Below are positions 1-10,077 of a stretch of 64,000 bases of DNA, in pieces. Numbering within the stretch: position 1 is the stretch's first letter; every line of letters begins with the position of its first letter. Source of the stretch: Candidatus Nomurabacteria bacterium GW2011_GWD2_36_14 (lineage in GTDB: Bacteria > Patescibacteriota > Minisyncoccia > Phycocordibacterales > UBA9973); NCBI GenBank assembly GCA_000991405.1, contig LBRL01000001.1:625841-689840 (forward strand), in the 5' to 3' direction. The notes under the pieces were generated by a model. It made no database searches and was not told where the DNA came from. It saw only the letters and a list, made by a program, of their open reading frames with translations. The position numbers were made by a program, and so were the translations under genes.

Positions 1-2
1 TG

Positions 3-158
3 ATTTTACGAGTACCAACAGAATTAAATGAGGAACAAATCAAAGAATTTCAACAGCTATATTTTGAGCGATTTGGAGAAGAAATTTCTAGAGATGAAGC
101 AATCGAAGAAGGATTGAGCTTAATTCGATTAGTAGCTATTGTTATTGATAAAAGTATA
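3..158 (+). CDS. C-terminal fragment of an unidentified protein, truncated by the window edge
   Basis: Frame 3 reads ...ELNEEQIKEFQQLYFERFGEEISRDEAIEEGLSLIRLVAIVIDKSI and stops at 156-158, with no start inside the window. It lies immediately upstream of the serine recombinase. Confidence 0.3.
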
Positions 159-279
159 TGAAGTATGATAAAATAACAACGGCACACAAGATTTATAATT
201 TAAGCCCAGAAAGGGGTAACAGAAAATTTTGTGTGCCAAAACGCTTAAATTATTCTGTTATCCCTTTCTGGTTTCTGCC

Positions 280-1878
280 ATGAGAAATATTGATTTCAAA
301 TATTTTCTCTATGCAAGAAAATCTAGTGAGTCGGAGGATCGCCAAATGGCCTCCATCGAGGATCAGATTGCAGAAGCTAAGAAATTAGCTGAAAAATATA
401 ACATCAATGTAGTTGATGTTATAGAAGAATCAAAATCTGCAAAAGAGCCAGGTCGAGTTGGATTTAATTCGATGCTTAAACGAATTCATAAAGGAGAAGC
501 CCAAGGAATACTTACTTGGAAGCTCAATCGTTTAGCCAGAAATCCAATAGATGGAGGACAAATAAGTTGGATGCTCCAACAGAATATCATCAAACATATT
601 CAGACCTTTGAAAGAGATTATAATCCTACAGACAATGTCTTGCTCATGCAAGTTGAATTTGGTATGGCTAATCAATACGTCAAAGATTTAAGCCTTGATG
701 TTAAAAGAGGAATGCGTCAAAAAGCTGAAAGAGGTTGGTATCCGATACCTCAATTGCCAATTGGATACATGCATAATCCTCTATTCACTCCCGGGGTTGA
801 AAAAGAAATAATTCCAGATGAAGAAAGATTTTTCATTCTTAAAAAGCTATGGAAATTACTTTTAACTGGTAATTATACTGTTGCTGATTTGAGAAGAAAA
901 GGAAATGCTTTGGGGTTGAAAACTAAAGGGAATAAACAATGTCCTCAATCAACTTATTACTACATATTCACTAATGAATTTTATTCCGGTTATTTTTACT
1001 GGCCAAATAAAGATGGTGGGTTAATTTGCCACAGAGGAAAGCATTTGACTATGATTAGCCCTATAGAGTTTCAAAAGGCTCAAATTATACTTAAAGGAGC
1101 AATTCACTCAATAGGGAAAGAGAGAAAATATGATTTTCCATATAGAGGAATTATTAAATGTGGTGAATGTGGATGTATGGTCACACCAGATCATAAATTG
1201 CAGGCTATTTGTACAAATTGCAAGTTCAAATATTCAGTAAAAAATATGGGGAATTGCCCAAGATGTGATACCCCATTCTCGGAAATGAAAAATCCAAGTA
1301 TAATCGACATCCTTTATTATCACTGTTCTAAAAGCAAGGGAAAATGCTCTCAGGGGTCAATTACAAGAGATGAGATTGACTCTGTAATTGAAAAATCAAT
1401 AGGAGAGATATCAATCTCTAAGGATTACTATCAGTGGTCAATGAATAGATTGAAGGATGGTAATAATAAGGTTGATATACAGGAGGATGAAAAGATAATA
1501 AAGGGACTACTGAAAAAGAAAACTGAACTTGGTAATCGTCTTTTTGAATTAGTAAATCTTCTGGCTGATTGTAAAATCAATTCCGAACAATTCAATTTAT
1601 CTACCTCAAAAACTCAAAAGGAAATATTCTCTATTGAATATGAGATTGAGGAAATTAGTAATAGAAATATCAGGTGGTTCGAGGAAACTAAAAAGGATTA
1701 TAATCTTATGTTGAACGTTCTTGAAAAATTCAAAAATGGTGGAGATCTGGTTAAAACTGAGATAGCTAGGGAGCTATCTTCGAACCTAATTTTAATGGAC
1801 AAAAAGCTTTATTTCACAATGAAAAAATCGTTTTTTGATATTAAGAAGAACCTTACTCTTTGCACCGCAAAAAATTAA
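280..1878 (+). CDS. Large serine recombinase (resolvase catalytic domain, recombinase domain and Cys-rich zinc ribbon)
   Basis: The ORF is given as 229..1878. The likely start is MRNIDFKYFLYARKSSESEDRQ, which carries the resolvase YxRxSxxxQ nucleophile motif. It also has C-terminal CGECGC...CTNCKFKY...CPRCD ribbons and is about 530 aa long. It is adjacent to tRNA-Lys. Confidence 0.8.
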   Translation: MRNIDFKYFLYARKSSESEDRQMASIEDQIAEAKKLAEKYNINVVDVIEESKSAKEPGRVGFNSMLKRIHKGEAQGILTWKLNRLARNPIDGGQISWMLQQNIIKHIQTFERDYNPTDNVLLMQVEFGMANQYVKDLSLDVKRGMRQKAERGWYPIPQLPIGYMHNPLFTPGVEKEIIPDEERFFILKKLWKLLLTGNYTVADLRRKGNALGLKTKGNKQCPQSTYYYIFTNEFYSGYFYWPNKDGGLICHRGKHLTMISPIEFQKAQIILKGAIHSIGKERKYDFPYRGIIKCGECGCMVTPDHKLQAICTNCKFKYSVKNMGNCPRCDTPFSEMKNPSIIDILYYHCSKSKGKCSQGSITRDEIDSVIEKSIGEISISKDYYQWSMNRLKDGNNKVDIQEDEKIIKGLLKKKTELGNRLFELVNLLADCKINSEQFNLSTSKTQKEIFSIEYEIEEISNRNIRWFEETKKDYNLMLNVLEKFKNGGDLVKTEIARELSSNLILMDKKLYFTMKKSFFDIKKNLTLCTAKN

Positions 1879-1948
1879 CCTTCGAACCTACTTTTACCAT
1901 TAAAAAATAAGGGTAAAATGTAGTTTCTGGGCGAATATTCTAATCGTG

Positions 1949-2021
1949 TCCTCTCGGTAGGAATCGAACCTACGACCATCTCCTTAAAAGGGAGCTGCTC
2001 TACCAACTGAGCTACGAGAGG
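1949..2021 (-). tRNA. tRNA-Lys, anticodon TTT
   Basis: The reverse complement folds as a cloverleaf with acceptor CCTCTCG/CGAGAGG, D-arm GCTCAGTTGGTAGAGC, anticodon loop CTTTTAA, T-arm GTAGGTTCGATTCCTAC and discriminator A. Confidence 0.85.
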
Positions 2022-2116
2022 GGGGGGTTAAAAGGATACTTAACAAAAAGTACCATATTTAAGGGATAAAATCAATAGAATTCTAATGAGGACTATGACT
2101 ATGATATAATCAAAAT

Positions 2117-2989
2117 ATGAGTAACATACCAACAAAAAAATTAAATAATGGTTTTGAAATGCCAGTTTTAGGTTTTGGAACTTGGGAGATGGGAGGTAGA
2201 TTTGAAAGAGAGGATAATTACGATGAAAGTAATGACATACAAGCCATTAAGAAAACCATTGAACTAGGTGGTTCTCGTTTTGATACGGCTGAAATGTATG
2301 CCAAAGGTTACAGTGAAGAAATATTAGGCAAGGCACTTAATGAATATGATAGATCTAAGCTATTTATAACATCAAAAGTTACTGCTACTAATTTGGGATA
2401 TGATAGTGTTATATCATCTTGTAAGGCAAGTTTAGCTCGTCTCCAGATGGATTATTTAGATTTATATCTTATCCATGCACCAAATCCAGATATACCAATT
2501 GAAGAAACAATGCGAGCTTTTGATTATCTCAAAGATCAAGGACTGATTAAAAACATAGGTGTTTGCAACTTTAATGTTGAACGACTAATGGAAGCTCAAA
2601 ATCAAACTAAAAATAAAATTGTTTTGAACCAAGTTCATTATAATTTAATATTTAGAGAACCTATTAAAAAGGGAGTTGTTGAATATTGTCAAAATAATGA
2701 TATTTTTATTGAAGCATGGAGACCAGTTCAACAAGGAAGTTTGGCTAAAAAGGGGATTGATATTGTCGATAAATTGTGTGAGAAATATAATAAAACACCA
2801 GCCCAGATTGCCATTAACTGGCTTGTATCACAGAAGAATGTTATTACTCTGGTTAAAGCTAGTAATATAAAACACTTAGAAGAAGATATTGGTGCTGTTG
2901 GTTGGAGTATGTCCGACGAAGATGTTCTATTATTAACAAATAATTATCCTATACAGCTTGATAGGAGTAACGCTGTTCAACTTAAATAA
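2117..2989 (+). CDS. Aldo/keto reductase family oxidoreductase
   Basis: AKR signature segments are present: GFGTWEMGG, LDLYLIHAP and IGVCNF. Length is 290 aa. Confidence 0.8.
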   Translation: MSNIPTKKLNNGFEMPVLGFGTWEMGGRFEREDNYDESNDIQAIKKTIELGGSRFDTAEMYAKGYSEEILGKALNEYDRSKLFITSKVTATNLGYDSVISSCKASLARLQMDYLDLYLIHAPNPDIPIEETMRAFDYLKDQGLIKNIGVCNFNVERLMEAQNQTKNKIVLNQVHYNLIFREPIKKGVVEYCQNNDIFIEAWRPVQQGSLAKKGIDIVDKLCEKYNKTPAQIAINWLVSQKNVITLVKASNIKHLEEDIGAVGWSMSDEDVLLLTNNYPIQLDRSNAVQLK

Positions 2990-2990
2990 C

Positions 2991-3686
2991 ATGAACCCAA
3001 CTGAAATTAAAAGATTTTTTACTTCAGCTATTTTTGAATATAGTATTGCTTTTCTATTTCTCATTTATTTACTAACCTATAATTTACTAGGACTACCTCC
3101 GGTAGAAGATTTATTTAAATTAATGGAAGTAGCATTTCAACAATATGGTTTGGCTTTGTTATTTTTTGGTTTAATTATTGAGGGTTTATTTATGGTTGGT
3201 TTTTATTTTCCAGGGTCAGTTGTAGCTTTCGGTGCTGTTATTTTTCTCGGGAAAACATATATTGATATTCTTCTTATTATTTTAATAGGGAGTATAGCCT
3301 TAATTTTAGTGAACATTTTAAATTATATGCTTGGAAAGCATGGATATTATAAATTATTAGAGAAGTTTGGGGCTAAGGGTACTATTGAACGAATGAAAAT
3401 AAGATTTGATAAAAATAAGAATGGAACAATATTATTGTTTTCTTCTTCACCTAATTTTCTTGCTATCATAAGTATCTATGCAGGTATTGTTAAAACAAAT
3501 TTGAAAGAATATCTAAGATTTATTTCTCTTTGTATTTTATTTTGGGTATCATTAGTAAGTGCAATTATATTTATTTTCTTCCATAATATTAATTTTAAAG
3601 ATTCAAAATTTGGCTGGATTTCTTTCTTTATTATATTAGCTTGGGCTATATGGGAAAGTATTTTTTCTTTTATAAAAGAAAAATAG
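2991..3686 (+). CDS. DedA/VTT-family membrane protein
   Basis: Multi-pass membrane protein with a DedA-like core (GLIIEGLFMVGFYFPGSVVAFGAVIFLGK...MLGKHGYYKLLEKFG). The ORF track starts at 2958; I chose the internal Met so it does not overlap the previous gene. Confidence 0.6.
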   Translation: MNPTEIKRFFTSAIFEYSIAFLFLIYLLTYNLLGLPPVEDLFKLMEVAFQQYGLALLFFGLIIEGLFMVGFYFPGSVVAFGAVIFLGKTYIDILLIILIGSIALILVNILNYMLGKHGYYKLLEKFGAKGTIERMKIRFDKNKNGTILLFSSSPNFLAIISIYAGIVKTNLKEYLRFISLCILFWVSLVSAIIFIFFHNINFKDSKFGWISFFIILAWAIWESIFSFIKEK

Positions 3687-3741
3687 ACTAAAATTGATAT
3701 TTTGTTTCAGGGGGCTGGTTTATCCATGTTATAATTCCAAT

Positions 3742-4488
3742 ATGAAACTAATTCACGAAATTCGGGCGGTAAAAAGTAAAAAGGAGTTAGAAAATATAAC
3801 AAAAGCTCAGAGGATAAGCGAGAGGGTTTTAGGGGATGTTCTTGGAGTCTTGAAAGAAGGAATTACTGAAATAAAAGTTCGAGACTTTATTGTAAAATCT
3901 TTTATCAAGTATAAAGCACCTATACTTTCTTTTGAACCCATTGTGGCTTTTGGTAAAAATACGGCAAATATTCATCATCAAAATCCTACACGAAATAAAT
4001 TAAAAAAAGGAGACATGATAATGTTTGATTTTGGATGCACTGTGAACCACTATTGCTCAGATATGTCGCGCACGTATTTTTTTGATAAGCCAAACCAGAA
4101 ACAAGAGAAAATATATAAAGCTGTTTTGGAAGTTCAAGAATTGGTGATAAGTAGAATTGCAAAAGGGGAGCGAAGGGCAAAAGTCTTAGATAAACTGGCT
4201 CGTAACTTTCTAAATAAGAGATTTAAAATTAAAGAAAAAGACAAATTAACCGATGGGTTTGTCCATGGGCTGGGGCATGGAGTAGGTACTGTAATTCACG
4301 AATGGCCAAACTTAAAACCAAAAAGCGAAGATTTCCTCCCTGTCGGTTGTGTGGTAACGGTGGAACCGGGACTTTATTTTAAGGGTTTTGGGGGAGTGAG
4401 AATCGAAGATATGGTCTTAATAACCCAAAAAGGTTGCAAGAATTTAACAAAAGCTCCTAAAGATATTGAAAGTATGATTTTAAGATAA
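3742..4488 (+). CDS. M24-family metallopeptidase (Xaa-Pro/methionine aminopeptidase-like pita-bread domain)
   Basis: Metal-ligand motifs FDFGC..YCSDMSRTY, HGLGHGVG and VEPGLY...GVRIEDMV are present. Likely start is MKLIHEIRAV. Confidence 0.75.
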   Translation: MKLIHEIRAVKSKKELENITKAQRISERVLGDVLGVLKEGITEIKVRDFIVKSFIKYKAPILSFEPIVAFGKNTANIHHQNPTRNKLKKGDMIMFDFGCTVNHYCSDMSRTYFFDKPNQKQEKIYKAVLEVQELVISRIAKGERRAKVLDKLARNFLNKRFKIKEKDKLTDGFVHGLGHGVGTVIHEWPNLKPKSEDFLPVGCVVTVEPGLYFKGFGGVRIEDMVLITQKGCKNLTKAPKDIESMILR

Positions 4489-4515
4489 ATCAGAAATTTT
4501 TGGTATAATCATTAT

Positions 4516-5511
4516 ATGAAACATATAATACCACCAAAATTAAAAAAGGGAGACGAAGTAAGAGTTATCGCTCCTTCACGAAGTTTAGCTTTGGTGACAG
4601 AAGAAAACATAAAATTGGCAAAAGAAAATCTTGAAAAACAAGGATATAAAGTAACCTTTTCTAAAAACTGCAGAGAAAGTGATATGTTTATGTCTTCCCC
4701 TATAAAATCTAGGGTAGAAGATTTACATCAAGCTTTTAAGGATAAAAAAGTTAAAGCCATTTTAACTGTAATTGGAGGTTTTAATTCAAATGAATTATTA
4801 CCATATTTAGATTACAAGTTAATTAAAGATAATCCAAAGATTTTGTGTGGCTATTCTGATATAACCGCTTTGGCAAATGCAATTACAGCTAAAACTGGAT
4901 TGGTTACTTACTCAGGATTGCACTTCTCGACTTGGGCTATGAAGAAAGGATTTGAATATAATCTAGAATATTTTAACAAGTGTTTAGTTGAAGATAAAAA
5001 GTACCTAGTTGAAGCTTCTAAACTATGGTCAGACGATCCTTGGTATAGAGATCAAGAGAATAGAAAATTTGAAAAAAATGAAGGATATGTAGTTATAAAT
5101 AAAGGAGAAGCAGAGGGTACCATATTAGGTGGTAATTTATGTACTCTAAACTTATTACAAGGAACAGAATTTATGCCAGAAATATCAAATGCAATTCTTT
5201 TTCTTGAAGATGACGATATGACAGGAAGTTTCTTTGGAGTAGAGTTTAATAGAAATTTACAATCATTAATTCATCAACCTAATTTCAAGAAAGTTAAAGG
5301 TATTGTTGTTGGAAGATTTCAAAAGAAAGCAGAAATGACCATAGAGAAGTTAAAATTTATAATTCAGACTAAAAAAGAATTAAAATCTATACCAATTATT
5401 GCAAATGCTGATTTTGGCCACTCAAACCCCTTTATTACATTTCCTATAGGAGGAATAATAAAAATATCAGCATTAAAAGGGAAGGCTAAAATTGAAATAT
5501 TAAAACACTAA
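4516..5511 (+). CDS. LD-carboxypeptidase (peptidase S66, LdcA-like)
   Basis: VRVIAPS near the N-terminus, the CGYSDITAL catalytic-serine motif, and C-terminal GRF...ADFGH. Length is 331 aa. Confidence 0.8.
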   Translation: MKHIIPPKLKKGDEVRVIAPSRSLALVTEENIKLAKENLEKQGYKVTFSKNCRESDMFMSSPIKSRVEDLHQAFKDKKVKAILTVIGGFNSNELLPYLDYKLIKDNPKILCGYSDITALANAITAKTGLVTYSGLHFSTWAMKKGFEYNLEYFNKCLVEDKKYLVEASKLWSDDPWYRDQENRKFEKNEGYVVINKGEAEGTILGGNLCTLNLLQGTEFMPEISNAILFLEDDDMTGSFFGVEFNRNLQSLIHQPNFKKVKGIVVGRFQKKAEMTIEKLKFIIQTKKELKSIPIIANADFGHSNPFITFPIGGIIKISALKGKAKIEILKH

Positions 5512-5517
5512 AATAGA

Positions 5518-6084
5518 ATGAAGAAACAAGATAAAAAGTTAATAATGTTTATTGGGAAAACTCATTCTGGTAAAACTACTTTTGCTAAAGAGTTAGAGGG
5601 AATAAAAAAAGATATATTGGTTTTAGAAGCTGATCCAGTAGCCTTATTTATGAGGGAAAATTTTCCTAAATTAAGAGAATTGGACGATAAGGAGCATTCT
5701 GGTATATTTAAAAATGTATCATTAAAATATAGATTATTTCTATTACTCATAGAGTTTTCTATGTCTTTTGGTAGAACAATTATTTTATCTAACTCAAATA
5801 TGTATGAGAGAGGTAGGAAATTGGTCTTTAGGTTGGTTAAAAAATATGACTATAAAATAATTGGAGTTTATTTTAATTTTCCTGAAGAATTTCTTATTAA
5901 TAGAATTAAAAAATCTAAAAGAACAACGAAAATTTTAAGAGTTTCAAAAGATTTTAATGAATTAATTATTAATCAAAGGACAAGAATGCAAGCTCCAAAT
6001 TCTAAGAATTTTGATGAATTCTACATAATAAAATCTGAAGATGATTTGATTAAGGTTAAAAATAATTTAATTAAAATATTATGA
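5518..6084 (+). CDS. P-loop NTPase/kinase-like protein (AAA_33 / zeta-toxin-like fold)
   Basis: Walker A motif FIGKTHSGKTTFAKEL. Its stop codon overlaps the start of the downstream Cys-rich paralog (ATGA). Confidence 0.55.
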   Translation: MKKQDKKLIMFIGKTHSGKTTFAKELEGIKKDILVLEADPVALFMRENFPKLRELDDKEHSGIFKNVSLKYRLFLLLIEFSMSFGRTIILSNSNMYERGRKLVFRLVKKYDYKIIGVYFNFPEEFLINRIKKSKRTTKILRVSKDFNELIINQRTRMQAPNSKNFDEFYIIKSEDDLIKVKNNLIKIL

Positions 6085-7826
6085 ACCCAGAAACAAGGAA
6101 TTGTCAGAATTGTAAGCTTAATTTCACCATAGAGCCCGATGATTTCTCTTTCTATGAGAAAATGAAAGTTCCATCACCCACCTTTTGTCCAGAGTGTAGG
6201 TTAATTCGCCGTATGGCGACCTTCAATGTTCGTAATATTTATAATCGAAAGTGTGATAATTGTGGGGGAAACACTGTTTCCATCTTTAATCCAAAAGCCC
6301 CATACAAAAATTGGTGTTTTGGGTGTTACTTCTCTGATGAATTTGATCCATCTTTGTATGGGACAGATTATGACTTTTCCACTAACTTTTTTACTCAATA
6401 TGAGAAGTTAAGAAGGAATGTTCCTCTACTCTGCTTGGAACAATCAGGCAATAATAGTGGCGGATGTGAATACGCTAACTATACTTATAGTAGTAAGAAT
6501 ATTTATCTGTCTCATAATGTCGCTAGCTCAGAAGATGTCTACTATTCAGTATTTGTAAACAAGAAGAATAGAATGTGCTTCGACTCACTTTCTTTTAGAG
6601 AAGATGAGCTTTGTTATGAAGTTGTGGATTCAAATCATTCTTATGATTGTTCATATCTAACACGATCAGATTCATGCATAAGTTCTTCCTTCCTTTTTAA
6701 TTGTTCAAATTGCCAGAATTGCTTTATGTCGTCGAATCAGCAGAAGCAGAATTACATTTTTAGAAATAAGAAGCTTTCAAAGAGTGAATACGAAGAAGCT
6801 ATTTCAAAAGAAAACCTGCACTCTTATGATTCATGGAAAAAGCTAGTTGAGGAATATAATAAATTAATGAAGGATTCAATAGTTTGCTTCTCTAAACAGA
6901 CAAATGCAGTTGATTGCACTGGGGATATTATTGAAAATTCTAAAAATTGCCGATCTTCTTTTTATATTTGGAAATCAGAGAATATTAAATTTGTTACTTA
7001 TTCAGTTAATTCTGTAATGGATTCATACGATATTCTTGATTCAGGAAGAGGGGAAAGAATGTATGAATCAATATGTAGTGGGAGAGGGAATTATGAGATT
7101 GCCTTCTCTTCTCGTGTTTTTGGTTCGACGTATACATATTATAGTGAAGGGTGCATTGATTGTAAAAATATATTTGGATGTGTTGGATTAAGAAAAAAAG
7201 AATATTGTATTTTAAATAAACAATACACAAAGGAGGAATACGAGGAAATATTGCCTAAAATAATTAAACATATGGACGATATGCCTTATGTTGATAAAAA
7301 TAATTGCACATATAGTTTTGGAGAATTTTTTCCAATAGAGATTTCTCCTTTCGCTTACAACGAAACAATGGCTTATGAACAGTTCCCGCTATCAAAAGAG
7401 CAAGCCATAGAGAAAAATTATAAATGGTTTGATGATGTAGGAAGAAACCATGAAGCTACATTAGAGTATACAAATATTCCAGATGATATTTTAGAGGTAA
7501 ATGATTCTATATTAAAAGAAACTATCAGCTGTGAACACGGAGGAGAATGTAGTCACCAATGTACAAAAGCATTTCGGATTCTTCCAGAAGAATTACAATT
7601 CTATAAGCGCATGAATTTACCTCTTCCAAGAATTTGCCCAAACTGTCGTTATTTTATAAGATTAGAAAGGGCTCTGCCTTGGAAATTGTGGTCTAGGGTT
7701 TGTATGTGCAGTAAAGACAATCATGACCACACAGGATTATGTGAGGTTCAATTTGAAACTCCATATTCTCCTGATAGACCGGAAGTTATTTATTGTAAAA
7801 AGTGCTTTCAAAAAGAGGTTTATTAA
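6081..7826 (+). CDS. Cysteine-rich multi-zinc-ribbon protein, paralog 1 of 5 (uncharacterised family)
   Basis: 581 aa. N-terminal CQNCK..F.IEPDDFSFYEKMKVPSPTFCPECR. Central CX2CX2C repeats. C-terminal FYKRMNLPLPRICPNCR...PDRPEVIYCKKCFQKEVY. Co-linear with the ORFs at 39153, 40887, 49679 and 59787. Confidence 0.8.
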   Translation: MNPETRNCQNCKLNFTIEPDDFSFYEKMKVPSPTFCPECRLIRRMATFNVRNIYNRKCDNCGGNTVSIFNPKAPYKNWCFGCYFSDEFDPSLYGTDYDFSTNFFTQYEKLRRNVPLLCLEQSGNNSGGCEYANYTYSSKNIYLSHNVASSEDVYYSVFVNKKNRMCFDSLSFREDELCYEVVDSNHSYDCSYLTRSDSCISSSFLFNCSNCQNCFMSSNQQKQNYIFRNKKLSKSEYEEAISKENLHSYDSWKKLVEEYNKLMKDSIVCFSKQTNAVDCTGDIIENSKNCRSSFYIWKSENIKFVTYSVNSVMDSYDILDSGRGERMYESICSGRGNYEIAFSSRVFGSTYTYYSEGCIDCKNIFGCVGLRKKEYCILNKQYTKEEYEEILPKIIKHMDDMPYVDKNNCTYSFGEFFPIEISPFAYNETMAYEQFPLSKEQAIEKNYKWFDDVGRNHEATLEYTNIPDDILEVNDSILKETISCEHGGECSHQCTKAFRILPEELQFYKRMNLPLPRICPNCRYFIRLERALPWKLWSRVCMCSKDNHDHTGLCEVQFETPYSPDRPEVIYCKKCFQKEVY

Positions 7827-7842
7827 ATTATTATAAAATAAT

Positions 7843-8415
7843 ATGAAACTAGAAACAAAAAGATTAATATTGAGAAAGCATAAAATGAGTGACTGGGAAG
7901 ATCTCGTTGAGGGGATAGGGAATTATGATGTAGCTAAGATGATAACGAAAGTACCATATCCATATACAAAGAAGGATGCTGAATATTATATTAAAAAAAG
8001 ATTAAAAATATGGAAGAAAAAGGTAATAGATGATTATGTTTTTGTAATGGAATTAAAATCAGAGAAAAAGGTTATAGGGGCTATAGGTTTGCACAAGGTA
8101 AATTTCTTTCATGGAGTTGGTACTACTTCCTCATGGGTAAATAAAAAATATTGGAGAAAAGGATATGCGACAGAAGCAAAGATTGCTATTAATGATTTTG
8201 CCTTTAATGAATTAAAACTACGTAGAATTGAATCGGGTTCCTTTTCCAACAATATAGCTTCGAACGCTCTTCAATTGAAGATGGGTTTCAAATTTGAGGG
8301 AACCAAAAGAAAAAATGTTAGATGCATGACCACAGGTAAAATACATGATGAAAATATATATGGCTTAATGAAGGAGGAATGGAAGAAAGCACGATCTAAG
8401 CTTATTAAGAAATAA
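7843..8415 (+). CDS. GNAT-family N-acetyltransferase (RimJ/RimL-like)
   Basis: LETKRLILRKHKMSDWEDL N-terminus and GNAT core IGAIGLHKV...RKGYATEA. Confidence 0.8.
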   Translation: MKLETKRLILRKHKMSDWEDLVEGIGNYDVAKMITKVPYPYTKKDAEYYIKKRLKIWKKKVIDDYVFVMELKSEKKVIGAIGLHKVNFFHGVGTTSSWVNKKYWRKGYATEAKIAINDFAFNELKLRRIESGSFSNNIASNALQLKMGFKFEGTKRKNVRCMTTGKIHDENIYGLMKEEWKKARSKLIKK

Positions 8416-8421
8416 AGTGAT

Positions 8422-9453
8422 ATGAAATACTATACACAACATGAAGGAAAAGTTATTGAGATGGATGACAGGTTTAAGCATGTCATGGCGATAACTCTTA
8501 ATCCTAGAAAGGATTACAAAGAAGGCATAGTAAGATGTATAACAAGTCGTGAGGGTGATGTGCACATAAAAGGGTATACAGATAGAAGCGAATTATTTAA
8601 AATAAGTGGTGATTCTCTTGAACAATTTAAAATTGGTGAGCGTTTAAATATAAAAAATGAAAAGGAAATTATAAGCCAGCTTGTAGAACCTGATTGGGAA
8701 TTTATTGGATTAGAAGACCCTGATATTTATATAGATGAAAAAACTGATTTGATGCATGTATACTTTACAATTCCTATTAAATACAAAGATAAAAGTAAAA
8801 AAATTAAAATTCATTTGGGACATGCCGTAGGGAAAGATTTAGATTCATTAGAAATGACTATGCCTGTTTTACTTGATATTGGAAATATGAGTGCAAAAGA
8901 AGTTTCTATTGCACCAATAAATAAAAATGGATTTCGTTACAATCTCATTGAATCAAGAGATAAACAAAAAGAGGCAACTTATTCTGTTGTTCAGGTTGCT
9001 ATTGCAAAAGATATGGAGAAAGATTGGCAGTATGGAGATATTGTCTTTCATCCAAGAGAACACAACATACTTTGGGTTGGTGGGCATGCTTCACCTGGGC
9101 CACTTTTGCCAAAAAGCTTTATAGATATAGGAGAAGGGAAGAGGCTTGGTATTATGAATGGTCGTGAAGAGAATATAAATATGCCAGATGGGGTAGTAAA
9201 GTATGGGATGTTCTCTGTGGGGCTCTTTGTGTATGATTATGAAAATGGTGTGATAGAATGGGTATCACCTTTACCATTTATTCAAGATAGTGAAGCTACT
9301 ACTATTACCTTTGCTAGCCAATTTGTAGAAACAAGTAAAGGTGAAGGTGTGTTGTATGCCCATGTAGATGATTCATTTGTGAGGGCGTATGATTTAAAAG
9401 TAGATGAAGTTAAACAATTTTTGAAATATAACAATTATGAAATTAAAAATTAG
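8422..9453 (+). CDS. Hypothetical protein, possibly a distant GH130/GH43-like beta-propeller glycosidase
   Basis: 343 aa with no TM segment. The C-terminal pattern ...GVLYAHVDDSFVRAYDLKVDEV resembles the terminal strand of the GH130 genes at 32748 and 34187. This is a weak similarity judged by eye. Confidence 0.4.
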   Translation: MKYYTQHEGKVIEMDDRFKHVMAITLNPRKDYKEGIVRCITSREGDVHIKGYTDRSELFKISGDSLEQFKIGERLNIKNEKEIISQLVEPDWEFIGLEDPDIYIDEKTDLMHVYFTIPIKYKDKSKKIKIHLGHAVGKDLDSLEMTMPVLLDIGNMSAKEVSIAPINKNGFRYNLIESRDKQKEATYSVVQVAIAKDMEKDWQYGDIVFHPREHNILWVGGHASPGPLLPKSFIDIGEGKRLGIMNGREENINMPDGVVKYGMFSVGLFVYDYENGVIEWVSPLPFIQDSEATTITFASQFVETSKGEGVLYAHVDDSFVRAYDLKVDEVKQFLKYNNYEIKN

Positions 9454-9922
9454 TGAACCTAAAAATATTCTTATCTTGCCTGATATTCGTTCGGCGATAA
9501 ATGTGGGGGCGATATTTAGGACAGCGGATGCGGTGGGGATAGACATGATATATCTAGTAGGGTGTACCCCAAGACCTAACGACCAGTACGGTCGTATACA
9601 GAAGGATATAGCTAAGTCGGCGCTTGGAGCAGAGACGTGGATAAAGTGGGAGTATAAGGAAAAGCTAGTGCCTTTAATAAAAAAGCTAAAGAAAGAAGGA
9701 TATGAAATAGTGGCACTAGAGCAAAGTGAAAAGTCTATTGATTATAGGAAATATAAAAAGCCACTAAAGATGGCCTTCATACTCGGTCCCGAAGTGATAG
9801 GCTTGGATAAAAAAGTATTGAAAATTTGCGACAAAGTAGTAGAAATACCGATGCATGGGAAGAAGGAGTCTCTCAATGTATCTGTAGCTACTGGAGTGGC
9901 ACTATTTAGGATATTGAGGTAG
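9437..9922 (+). CDS. SpoU/TrmH-family RNA 2'-O-methyltransferase (SPOUT)
   Basis: LPDIRSAINVGAIFRTADAVG ... ILGPEVIGL ... EIPMHGKKESLNVSVATGVALF. Confidence 0.8.
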   Translation: MKLKISEPKNILILPDIRSAINVGAIFRTADAVGIDMIYLVGCTPRPNDQYGRIQKDIAKSALGAETWIKWEYKEKLVPLIKKLKKEGYEIVALEQSEKSIDYRKYKKPLKMAFILGPEVIGLDKKVLKICDKVVEIPMHGKKESLNVSVATGVALFRILR

Positions 9923-9955
9923 AAAAAAGTAATTTAGAAAAAATAAAACACTTCA

Positions 9956-10052
9956 TAAAAATATTCTCGGACTCACCACGCATATTTCCCTGCTAGGAAA
10001 TTGCTCTTCTCGCCCCGTCGGTCTGCGAAAGGGTTCGCTCGAGAACATTTAT
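9956..10052. repeat. Conserved ~95-nt intergenic element, copy 1 of 2 (R element)
   Basis: The block aaaaa.ATTCTCGGACTCACCAC...CTGCT..GAA.TT..GCTC...CCGTCG..CTGCG..AGGGTTCGCTCGAGAACATTT is about 80% identical to 38007..38105. Both copies lie in convergent-gene gaps. Confidence 0.5.
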
Positions 10053-10077
10053 TATTACATGTTTTATTTTCTCTAAT

